Below, piece by piece: positions 1 through 8,232 of a stretch of 64,000 bases of DNA. Location of the stretch: assembly GCA_046484865.1 (NCBI GenBank), contig JAWOID010000071.1, positions 14,953 to 78,952 of the forward strand, given 5' to 3'. Position numbers and translations under genes: made by a program. The DNA is from Candidatus Krumholzibacteriia bacterium. Lineage in GTDB: Bacteria > Krumholzibacteriota > Krumholzibacteriia > LZORAL124-64-63. Under the pieces are notes generated by a model. The model did not search any database and was not told the origin of the DNA. It saw nothing but the letters and a program-made list of their open reading frames with translations. The first letter of the stretch is position 1, and each line of letters begins with the position of its first letter.

Positions 1-67
1 CGGGAGGCCACCCGTTACCGGGCTCGCCTGCGACGCGCCCCTGCGGTCTGAGGAAAGGAGGACGACC

Positions 68-1147
68 GTGCTGAAGACGCGCAACCTGATCATCCTCGCC
101 GTCGTGCTCCTGGCGCTGCTGGGCGTGCGGCTGGTGCTGGATCGCGACCACGACCGGTCGGTGAACCGCGCCGGCGTGGACACGCTGCTCCCGGAGGACC
201 TGACCGCCGAGGATCTCGGCTCGGTGGTGGTGGGTTTCGGTGACGACGAGGAGGCGCTGGTGCTCGAGCGCCACCCGGACGGCTGGGTCGTGGCCACCGC
301 CTGGGACAGCCGCGCCAGCGAGCAGCGGATCGATTCGCTGCTCGACGGTCTGTCGGGGCTCGGCGGCGAGTTCCGCTCCGACAGCCCGGCCGTGCTGGCG
401 GATTATGGCTTCACCGACTCGACGACCGTCCGTATCACCGGTCGCGACCCGCAGGGCCAGGAGGTGTTCGCGATCGAGGTGGGGCGCAAGCCGGAACGCG
501 CGGTGGGCAATTTCGTGCGCCGGCCCGGCGACGACCGGGTGTACCTGGCCAGCAGGCCGGTGCTCGCCAATCTCGGCATCCACGGTGCGGAGCCGCAGGC
601 GCCGCAATCTCGCCAGTTCCTGGATCTGCAATTGCAGCAACTGGACCGCCAGGAGGTGGACGCCATCGCGCTGTACACCCCCGACGGCACCGTGAAGCTC
701 CGCAAGGAGTTCGCCGAGCCCGCGGCGGTCGCCGGCGACGCTGCTGCCGGAGACGCGGCAACCGACGGCGTCGGATTCGCTCCCGGCGAACCCGGACGCG
801 GCGTCTGGGAATGGCGCCTGGCCGAACCCCGCAGCGAACCGGCGGCCAAGACCAGGGCGGATGCCGTGCTCGGCGCCGTCACCTCGGTGCGGGCATCCGA
901 CGTGGCCGATCCGGATGCCGACCTCGCCACCTACGGCCTGGCAGAGCCAGAGCGCCGCGCGGTCGTCGAGTTGACCGGCGGACGCACGGTCACCCTCGCC
1001 TTCGGCGATCGCCGCGAGGCCGCCGAGGGAGCCACGGCCGGCGTCTACGCGCAGGTGGAGGGCGAGGACACCGTCTGGGTCGTGAGCGAGTACGTGGTGA
1101 ACAACATCTTCAAGAGCCGCGACGACCTGGTGCCGCCGCAGAGCTGA
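68..1147 (+). CDS. DUF4340-like exported/anchored protein
   Basis: 359-aa ORF with a GTG start 6 nt after AAGGAGG (55-61). N-terminal hydrophobic anchor LIILAVVLLALLGV. The anchor plus beta-rich repeat pattern matches my recollection of DUF4340, a family that usually follows GldG-type ABC auxiliary genes. Family call is from memory only. Confidence 0.55.
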   Translation: MLKTRNLIILAVVLLALLGVRLVLDRDHDRSVNRAGVDTLLPEDLTAEDLGSVVVGFGDDEEALVLERHPDGWVVATAWDSRASEQRIDSLLDGLSGLGGEFRSDSPAVLADYGFTDSTTVRITGRDPQGQEVFAIEVGRKPERAVGNFVRRPGDDRVYLASRPVLANLGIHGAEPQAPQSRQFLDLQLQQLDRQEVDAIALYTPDGTVKLRKEFAEPAAVAGDAAAGDAATDGVGFAPGEPGRGVWEWRLAEPRSEPAAKTRADAVLGAVTSVRASDVADPDADLATYGLAEPERRAVVELTGGRTVTLAFGDRREAAEGATAGVYAQVEGEDTVWVVSEYVVNNIFKSRDDLVPPQS

Positions 1148-1171
1148 GGCGGCGGCGAGGCTCTCGGTGCG

Positions 1172-1201
1172 GGACGCCGGCTTCCTTCGAAGCCGGCGTC
1201 C
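1172..1201 (+). terminator. Strong hairpin after the DUF4340-like gene (13-bp perfect stem, CTTC loop)
   Basis: GGACGCCGGCTTC (1172-1184) pairs perfectly with GAAGCCGGCGTCC (1189-1201). It lies 25 nt after the stop at 1147 and is followed by a modestly T-containing tract (gtgtttctg). Confidence 0.6.
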
Positions 1202-1289
1202 TGCAGATCGTGTTTCTGCCGGGACTCTGGCCGAGCTGGCGACGGACTGCGATCTCCCCCGGCGACCGGGGGTCGGAGAGAAGCGCGGC

Positions 1290-2888
1290 ATGATCGTACG
1301 AGAGACGCACGAGCCAGGTTCCCCGCGACCCGCCGGCGCCGACCCGACGCTGTGGTCGGCGGTCCGGCGTCTGGTCCCCAGCCTGCGGGGCGCGGCGGTG
1401 GCCGCCGTCCTGCTCCTGGGGCTGATCTGGGCCAAGAACCACAGTTATCTCCTCTTCCACAGCCTGGTCGAACTCACCAGCGTCGTCGTCGCCGGCAGCG
1501 CCTTCGTGGTGGCCTGGAACGCGCGGCGCTACCAGGAGGACAGTTTCCTCCTTTTTCTCGGCGCAGCGCTCCTCACGGTGGGTGGTCTCGACCTCGTCCA
1601 CACCCTCGCCTACACCGGCATGGGCGTCTTTGCCACGACGAGCGCCGATCCCGCCACCCAGCTGTGGCTCGCGGCGCGGTACGTCACCGCGGGATCGTTC
1701 CTGATCGCCCCCTTCCTCGTCGGCCGGCGGGTCCGGACCGGAGTGCTGGCGCTCGCCTTCGCGGCCATCCTGGCGCTGGCGCTGGCGACGATCCTGGTCT
1801 GGCGCGTGTTCCCGACCGCCTACGTCGACGGCCAGGGCCTGACGGCCTTCAAGGTCGTCAGCGAGTACGTCATCTGTGGGCTCATCCTGGTCGCCATGGC
1901 GGCGCTCTGGCGCCGGCGGCAAGCGTTCGAACCCGGCGTCCTCATCCTGCTGATCGCCGCCATGGGCGTGACGATCATCCAGGAACTGGCCTTCACGCTC
2001 TACGACGATCCCTACGCCACCTGGAACTTCGTTGGCCACTGCCTGAAGCTCCTGGCCTTCTTCCTGCTCTACAAGGCGATCGTCGAAACCGGGCTCCTCC
2101 GGCCCTTCGACCTGCTCTTCCGCGATCTGCGGCTCCGTGAGGAGGAGTTGCGAGCCCTCAACGAGACGCTCGAGCAGCGCGTTGCGCAGCGCACCGCCGA
2201 GGCCCGCGACCGCGCTCTCCAGCTGCAGAAGATGGCCGCCCAGCTGGCCGGGGCCGAGGAGCGGGAGCGCCACCGCCTCGCCCAGGTCCTGCACGATCAC
2301 CTCCAGCAACTGCTCGTCGCTGCCGTCATGCGGTCGCGTCGGGCCACCGAACGGACGGAGGACGCGGGCTGCCAGCAGAGCTTCCGGGAGATCACCGACC
2401 TGGTGGAACAGTCGATCGAGGCCTCGCGCTCGTTGACGGTCGAGCTCTCCCCGCCCATCGTCTACTCTGCCGGCCTCGTCGCCGGTCTGGAGTGGCTCCA
2501 GCGCACGACCCGCGAAACCCACCTGCTGGAGCTCGAGATCGCGGCCGATCCGCGGGTCGAGTCGCTGATCGCGCAGGACGAGAAGGTATTCCTCTTCCGG
2601 GCAGCACGAGAGTTCGTCTTCAACGCCGTCAAGCACTCCGGGTCGAAGCGGGCGACGGTCACGCTGTTCAGCGACGGCGCCGAGAAGGTCGGCATCAGCG
2701 TCGAGGACGAAGGCCGGGGCTGCGATCCGGAGCAGGCGCTGCGCGGACGCGCGGCCGGCGGCTATGGTCTGCTGAGCCTCAAGGAACGCGCCGACCTGCT
2801 CGGCGGGGAGCTGCAGTTCGCGAGCGTGCCCGGATCAGGCACCCGGGCGAGTCTCTGGCTCCCGGCCGGCGATCGTGCGCCGAGCTAG
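1290..2888 (+). CDS. Sensor histidine kinase: polytopic membrane sensor domain + HisKA_3 + HATPase_c
   Basis: ATG at 1290 follows GGAGAG; the ORF-track start at 1167 is unlikely. About 7 hydrophobic helices, with LFHSLVELTSVVVAGSAFVVAWNAR resembling MASE-type sensor domains. Coiled coil, then H-box ERERHRLAQVLHDHLQQLL (NarL-type HisKA_3). C-terminal GYGLLSLKERADLLGG G-box. Confidence 0.85.
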   Translation: MIVRETHEPGSPRPAGADPTLWSAVRRLVPSLRGAAVAAVLLLGLIWAKNHSYLLFHSLVELTSVVVAGSAFVVAWNARRYQEDSFLLFLGAALLTVGGLDLVHTLAYTGMGVFATTSADPATQLWLAARYVTAGSFLIAPFLVGRRVRTGVLALAFAAILALALATILVWRVFPTAYVDGQGLTAFKVVSEYVICGLILVAMAALWRRRQAFEPGVLILLIAAMGVTIIQELAFTLYDDPYATWNFVGHCLKLLAFFLLYKAIVETGLLRPFDLLFRDLRLREEELRALNETLEQRVAQRTAEARDRALQLQKMAAQLAGAEERERHRLAQVLHDHLQQLLVAAVMRSRRATERTEDAGCQQSFREITDLVEQSIEASRSLTVELSPPIVYSAGLVAGLEWLQRTTRETHLLELEIAADPRVESLIAQDEKVFLFRAAREFVFNAVKHSGSKRATVTLFSDGAEKVGISVEDEGRGCDPEQALRGRAAGGYGLLSLKERADLLGGELQFASVPGSGTRASLWLPAGDRAPS

Positions 2889-2974
2889 CGCTCCATTTTC
2901 CCTCGACCGATCCGTGTGTTACGTTAGCCGCGACCGGATCCGGTTGTCGGCAACCCCGCAGCGGGAGGACCCCC

Positions 2975-4381
2975 TTGAGCGATAGCAAGGCCACCGCGCG
3001 CGCGAGCGACAAGGACGCCCCGCGCCTGCTGCTGAAGAACGGCAAGGTGCTCGACTACTACCCCCTGGAGCTGGCGGCGGACCCTGCGCCACGGGTGGAG
3101 GCGGTGGACCTCCGGATGGCGGACGGACGCATCGCCGAACGCGGTCCCGACCTGGCGCCGGCCGAGGGCGAGCACGTGGTGGATCTCCGCGGTGCCGTCG
3201 TGCTGCCGGGCAACATCAACGCCCACACGCACCTCTTCAGCGCCCTCGCCTCCGGCATGCCCCTGCCGGACGACCCGCCGCATTCCTTCACCGACGTGCT
3301 GGCGGAGATCTGGTGGCCGCTGGACCGCGCCCTCGACGCCGAGACCATCTACCTGAGCGCGGCGGCCGGCGCCTGGGACGCGGTGCGTTGCGGGACCACG
3401 CTGCTCTTCGACCACCACAGCAGCCTCTCCTGCGTGAAGGACTCGCTGGACCGCGTGGAACAGGGCATCGCGACCGTGGGGCTGCGCGGGTGTCTCTGCT
3501 ACGAGGTGACCGACCGCGGCGGCAAGGGTCTGCGCGACATCATGCTCGAGGAGAACGAGCGCTACCTGCAGAAACTGCGCGACAAACCGCAGTCCGGGCT
3601 CCCGCGCTTCAAGGGCATGGTGGGCGCCCACGCCAGCTTCACGCTGGAGGAGCGGACGCTGGAGCTGCTCGCAGGCATCTGCCAGCGTCAAAACGCCGGC
3701 GTGCACATGCACCTGGCCGAGGGTTCGACTGACCGCGAGATCAGCCAGGAGCGGGGCTGGAAGGACCCGCTGGACCGGCTCGTGGGCTTCGGTCTCGTGC
3801 GTCCGCGCAGCATCTTCGTCCATGGCGTGGATCTCACGCCGCTCGACATGCAGACCCTCGAGGAACGCCGGGCCTGGCTGGTGCATTGCGGCCGCTCGAA
3901 CATGAACAGCGGCGTGGGTCGCGCGCCGGTGGACCGCTTCCCCTCGCGCTGCGCCCTCGGCACCGACGGTCTGGACGACAACATGTGGGGCGAGGTGCGC
4001 ACGACCTACTTCCGCGGCAACGAGGGTGGCCGCGGTCCGCTGAACATCCCGGGTGCCGCTCGCTTCTGGCTGGGAGGATACCGGCTCGCCCGCGAGGTGT
4101 TCGAGGAACCCTACGGCAGCCTCGACACCGGCGCCCCGGCCGACCTGGTGGTGCTCGACCAGTTCCAGAAGACGCCGCTGACCTCCCGCACCTGGATGAA
4201 CCACCTGCTCTACGATTTCCATCCCTGGGACATCGACTCCGTGTACGTGGGCGGCCGGCGCGTGTACCACAGTGGCGACGCTCCGCCGGTGGACCCGGAC
4301 GTGCTGCAGGAGGCGGCCGGACGGCTGTGGCGGGCGATGGGACTCGAGACGGAGCCGAGCCGCGAGCCGCCCCGAGCTTGA
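2975..4381 (+). CDS. ssnA: SsnA-like amidohydrolase (chlorohydrolase/aminohydrolase superfamily)
   Basis: In-frame TTG at 2975, 6 nt after GGGAGGA. Motifs PGNINAHTHLFS, WWPLDRALD, FDHHSS, HMHLAEG, VHCGRSNMN and ALGTDG align by eye along the whole length with E. coli SsnA as I recall it. The first 160 codons of track ORF 2492-4381 overlap the kinase gene and are rejected. Confidence 0.8.
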   Translation: MSDSKATARASDKDAPRLLLKNGKVLDYYPLELAADPAPRVEAVDLRMADGRIAERGPDLAPAEGEHVVDLRGAVVLPGNINAHTHLFSALASGMPLPDDPPHSFTDVLAEIWWPLDRALDAETIYLSAAAGAWDAVRCGTTLLFDHHSSLSCVKDSLDRVEQGIATVGLRGCLCYEVTDRGGKGLRDIMLEENERYLQKLRDKPQSGLPRFKGMVGAHASFTLEERTLELLAGICQRQNAGVHMHLAEGSTDREISQERGWKDPLDRLVGFGLVRPRSIFVHGVDLTPLDMQTLEERRAWLVHCGRSNMNSGVGRAPVDRFPSRCALGTDGLDDNMWGEVRTTYFRGNEGGRGPLNIPGAARFWLGGYRLAREVFEEPYGSLDTGAPADLVVLDQFQKTPLTSRTWMNHLLYDFHPWDIDSVYVGGRRVYHSGDAPPVDPDVLQEAAGRLWRAMGLETEPSREPPRA

Positions 4382-4402
4382 CGCCAGGCCTCGGAGACGA
4401 AC

Positions 4403-4442
4403 GACGGGGCCGGTCTGCACGCTGCTGCAGGCCGGCCCCGTC
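4403..4442. terminator. Bidirectional hairpin between convergent genes
   Basis: GACGGGGCCGG (4403-4413) is the perfect reverse complement of CCGGCCCCGTC (4432-4442). Inner CTGCA/TGCAG extends the stem. It sits between the stops at 4381 (+) and 4519 (-). Confidence 0.5.
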
Positions 4443-4518
4443 TCGTGGGCGCGATGATGCGCTGCGGCAGGGCGGCAGGCGGCCCCGGGAGCAACTGTCC
4501 GCTGGCAGCCGTCCCCCG

Positions 4519-7113
4519 TCACCGCATCAGCGTGACCTTGCGGTGGTCCACCCCGCCCGGCCCCTCCAGGCGCCAGATGTAGACACCGGCCGCCACGCGC
4601 CGGCCACCGCCGTCCAGGCCGTCCCATGACCGGGTGACCGGCCCCGGCGGCATCTCGTCGCGCATCAGATCACGCACCAGGCGCCCGCGGACATCGAACA
4701 GGCCGAGCCGCACCTGGCCCGCGGCGGGCACGACGAAGGCCACCACCTGCGCGCCGCTGTCGCCGGGCAGGAACGGGTTGGGCGCCGCGGCCGTGATGCG
4801 CGGCGCTGCGCCGGGAACCTCCGGGCCGACGGGCTCCACCTCGCCGAAGGCCACGATCTCCACGTCGTCGATGTTCCAGCCGCAGTAGCGACCGAAGGAG
4901 TCGGTGGGCCCCATGGTCCAGCGGACGAACACGCGCGGCTGATCGTCGGCCACCGCCGAGATGTCCAGGCTCACCGGAACCCACGTGCCGTCGGTGATCT
5001 GCACCGTGTTCTGCCAGATCGGGGTGAAGCGGATGCCGTCGACACTCACGGCCACCGCGGCCTGGTCGGGGGGCAAGCCCACGCCCAGCCAGCGCTGGAA
5101 GCGCAGCTGCACACCCGAGAGTCCGCGGCAATTCAGGGCCGTGGTGGTGAGGTGGCGCGCCGGCATGCCGTTGTCGTAGTCGCCGGCCAGGTTGAATCCC
5201 AGCACATTCTCTCCCGTGTGCCCGCTCGTGGGATCGGGAGGACCGAACTCGCCGCCCTCGCCCTGGGGAACCCCGAACTCCCAGCCCGGGTCGCGGAGCC
5301 ACCCCGGATCGGTCTCGAGATCGAAGACATGCTCAGCCTCCAGCGGCCCCACCTGCAGTTCCACCGCTCGGGACGTGTCGCCGGTACCGTCGGTGAGGTT
5401 CACGAAGCGCAGGCGCCCCCGGTAGAGCCCCGGCGGCTGGTCGGCGGCGCCGGCAGCGAGCGCCACCGTGACCGTGACCGTCTCGCCGGGCGGGACCACC
5501 CCGCTGCCGCCAGTCACCGTCAACCACTCCACATCGGCGGTGACGCTGTACTGCAGCAGCACCGAGGTGCCGTTGCTGACCGTGTACTCGAAGCTCGCGG
5601 GGGTGAAGGGTCCGCCGGGATCGCCGGCTGCGATCAGGACCCCGCCCGGCTGCACCGACAGGCCCATCGGGTCCAACAGGTCGAGCGTGAACACGCCCAG
5701 GTCCAGCGGGTCGAGCCAGTCGCGCAGACGCGCGCCCGGTGCACCGCCTCCATCCCAGGAGACCGACAGGCGGCCGTACCAGTCCGGAAGGACGTTGCCG
5801 CAGGCGGCGTATCCGCCGTGGAGCTGCCCGACCACGCGGCCGTTCTGGTCGAAGAGCGGCGAGCCGCTGGAACCGCGCTCGGTGGTGCCGATCTCCCAGT
5901 TCCCCACCCGGATGTGGCTGCCATCGCCGGGCGAGAGGTCGTCCAGGTAGGAGGTGGTGGTCGCGGGGTCGTGATCGAAGCTGATGGCCTTCTCGTCCGT
6001 GTTCGGATGGTGGATGGCCACGGACGATGACGGATCCTGAGCGCTCCGATCCCAGCCGGCGTAGCTGACGGCGAACTCGGGCCGCGGCGGATCGTCGAGT
6101 TCCACCAGCGTGAAGTCCGTCCGGAGGCTTCGCGCCCGCAGGTCGGCACCGGTCTGGTACTGGCCCAGGCTGCCGGGCGCGACGCCGCCGCACTCGGCGC
6201 GCTCGAAGTTCCAGTACACCACCATGCTCGGCGCGGTCACCTCGTCGATGGCACAGTGATAGGCCGTCAGGAAGTACGGCGTGGCGTCCTGGGCCGTGTT
6301 GTTCACCAGGAATCCCGTGCACACCGTCGAGCCGCCGCGGGAGTACACGGCCACGCTGCGGATGTGAGTCCGCCAGGGGTCACCTTCGGGACATGCCACG
6401 TCGACGTTGCAGGCACCCGACTTGTCCCCGTCGACCTCCCCGCCGCCGCGAGCGGCCCTGGTGAAGAAACGGTAGCCGCGGCCGACGGACGCCAGCTCCA
6501 GCTCCACGAGATGCGCCACGCCGGCGTCCACCTCCAGCTCCACCACCAGTTCGTCGCCCAGGACGACCGGAGTCCACAGCTCGCCGTGGGCCTCGTTGTC
6601 GTCCGCGGTGTAGGCCTGGACGATCCCCTCGCCGTCGGCCGGGTAGATCCTCAGCACCGCACCCCAGGGCAGGTGGAAGCGCCGGAACCCCAGGTTCAGA
6701 CTTTCGCTGCCCGGACAGCCGACCCGCAACCTCCACAGCCGACGGTCGGGTCCGAGCCACTCCCAGGCGCCCTGATCGGCGGGACTGATGGCCACGGTCT
6801 CGGGGACCGCGAAGCGGTAGGGTTCGCCGGCGGCCTCGCGCCGCGCATCCTCGGCGGCGAGTGCCGCCCGGTCGGGAAGCGCCAGCGCCCGCTGCGGCAC
6901 CTGGCCCAGCGGCTGAACCGTCCACCGGTCCGCCGCCGGCCGGGCCAGGTCTGCAGGCAGTCCGGGCGCGGCGGAGGTCCGCCGCTCGACGCCCGCGCGG
7001 TCGCGGGCGATCGGCTGGCCCTGGGCGACGTCGCAGAGGGCCGGCGCTCCCGCCAGGAGCGCCAGCAGAAACAGGACGACTGGGCGGCGCCGGGCCGGCC
7101 ACTCGGGTCGCAT
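4519..7113 (-). CDS. Secreted S1-family serine endopeptidase (lysyl-endopeptidase-like) with beta-sandwich module and FlgD-Ig/T9SS-type C-terminal tail
   Basis: ATG 6 nt after GAGAGGA. Signal peptide RRRPVVLFLLALLAGAPALC. Catalytic motifs CTGFLVNNTAQDATPYFLTAYHC (His) and GSSGSPLFDQNGRVVGQLHGG (Ser). C-terminal module ends CGWNIDDVEIVAF. Tail: PNPFLP...LGLFDVRGRLV...WDGLDGGG...GVYIWRL...KVTLMR. Confidence 0.85.
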   Translation of the reverse strand: MRPEWPARRRPVVLFLLALLAGAPALCDVAQGQPIARDRAGVERRTSAAPGLPADLARPAADRWTVQPLGQVPQRALALPDRAALAAEDARREAAGEPYRFAVPETVAISPADQGAWEWLGPDRRLWRLRVGCPGSESLNLGFRRFHLPWGAVLRIYPADGEGIVQAYTADDNEAHGELWTPVVLGDELVVELEVDAGVAHLVELELASVGRGYRFFTRAARGGGEVDGDKSGACNVDVACPEGDPWRTHIRSVAVYSRGGSTVCTGFLVNNTAQDATPYFLTAYHCAIDEVTAPSMVVYWNFERAECGGVAPGSLGQYQTGADLRARSLRTDFTLVELDDPPRPEFAVSYAGWDRSAQDPSSSVAIHHPNTDEKAISFDHDPATTTSYLDDLSPGDGSHIRVGNWEIGTTERGSSGSPLFDQNGRVVGQLHGGYAACGNVLPDWYGRLSVSWDGGGAPGARLRDWLDPLDLGVFTLDLLDPMGLSVQPGGVLIAAGDPGGPFTPASFEYTVSNGTSVLLQYSVTADVEWLTVTGGSGVVPPGETVTVTVALAAGAADQPPGLYRGRLRFVNLTDGTGDTSRAVELQVGPLEAEHVFDLETDPGWLRDPGWEFGVPQGEGGEFGPPDPTSGHTGENVLGFNLAGDYDNGMPARHLTTTALNCRGLSGVQLRFQRWLGVGLPPDQAAVAVSVDGIRFTPIWQNTVQITDGTWVPVSLDISAVADDQPRVFVRWTMGPTDSFGRYCGWNIDDVEIVAFGEVEPVGPEVPGAAPRITAAAPNPFLPGDSGAQVVAFVVPAAGQVRLGLFDVRGRLVRDLMRDEMPPGPVTRSWDGLDGGGRRVAAGVYIWRLEGPGGVDHRKVTLMR

Positions 7114-7227
7114 GGGGGATCCTCTCGCAGCGGGGTGGCGTTGCGGGTCCGCTTCAAGGATAAGCCGCAGCGGCCCCGGAGGACAACCCGAACCCCGGAC
7201 CCGGCCCCGCGGCGACGCGCCGGCAGG

Positions 7228-8232
7228 CTAAACGTGATTGCGCAGCATCAGTTCCTTCGGCGAGGGCCGCAGGTAGACCTGATCGAGGACGTAGCCCACG
7301 TCGTGCAACTCGAGATAATGATGGATCAGGGTGAGCGGCACGATCAGCGGGACGAGCTGGGCGCGGTAGTCCTCCACCACGGCGAGGATCTGCCGGCGCT
7401 CGGCAGCGTCGAGGTGCTCGCGCAGGTAGCCCAGGATGTGCTGCATGACGTTGACGTTCTTCGGCACCGTGGCATGCTGGGCCAGGGCGGACATGTAGAG
7501 TTCGCTGTACAGACGCCGGAACTCGGCCGGCTCGTGGTCCTTGACGGCCGCCACGAGACGCCCGAGTTCCTGGTAATGCTCGGGGCTGTGGGCGAGCAGC
7601 AGGTACTTCTCGGCGGCGTGGAACGCCACCACCTCGCCGCGCCGGAAGCGGCCGCGAAAGAGCGCCTGCAGGCGATGATAGGCGAAGACCCGCACCACGA
7701 AGTTCTCGCGCAGGGCGGGGTCGTTCAGGCGGCCCTCCTCCTCCACCGGCAAGTGCGGCATCATCTCCAGCAGCGCCGCCGCGAAGAGCCCGCGCCCCTG
7801 CTTCAGGGGCATCCCTTCGGCGGAGTAGACCTTCACGCGCTCCATGCCGCAACTCGGCGAGCGGTTCTTCAGGATGTACCCGCTCAGCTCGAGACGCTGC
7901 AACTGTTCCACGCGGCGGCGGCTGTATGCTTCCATGCGCTCGGTCCAGTCGTCTCCCGAACCGGTGCCGACCATGCGGACGCGCGAGGGGTCGTGCGGGT
8001 CGCCCACCAGCCTGACCGCCTCCCGCGGCACTCCCATCCCCACCTCGAGCTCGGGACAGACCGGCACGAACTCGAAGTAGCGCCCGAGCAGGTCGGTCAC
8101 GTAATGGTCGAGCTTGTGGCCGCCGTTGTAGCGCACCTCCCGCCCCAGCAGGCACGTGCTCACACCCACCCGCAGGGGCAGCGGAGGCTCCGGCGCGGCC
8201 CGGGGATCTCGTCGCTCTCCTGTCTCCGTCAT
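7228..8232 (-). CDS. ybgA: DUF523 (TudS-like) + DUF1722 (YbgA-like) fusion protein
   Basis: ATG at 8232 overlaps the photolyase stop as ATGA (8229-8232). N-terminal VSTCLLGREVRYNGGHK is the DUF523 signature. The C-terminal helical half (HYLELHDVGYVLDQVYLRP) resembles YbgA/DUF1722. Confidence 0.8.
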   Translation of the reverse strand: MTETGERRDPRAAPEPPLPLRVGVSTCLLGREVRYNGGHKLDHYVTDLLGRYFEFVPVCPELEVGMGVPREAVRLVGDPHDPSRVRMVGTGSGDDWTERMEAYSRRRVEQLQRLELSGYILKNRSPSCGMERVKVYSAEGMPLKQGRGLFAAALLEMMPHLPVEEEGRLNDPALRENFVVRVFAYHRLQALFRGRFRRGEVVAFHAAEKYLLLAHSPEHYQELGRLVAAVKDHEPAEFRRLYSELYMSALAQHATVPKNVNVMQHILGYLREHLDAAERRQILAVVEDYRAQLVPLIVPLTLIHHYLELHDVGYVLDQVYLRPSPKELMLRNHV

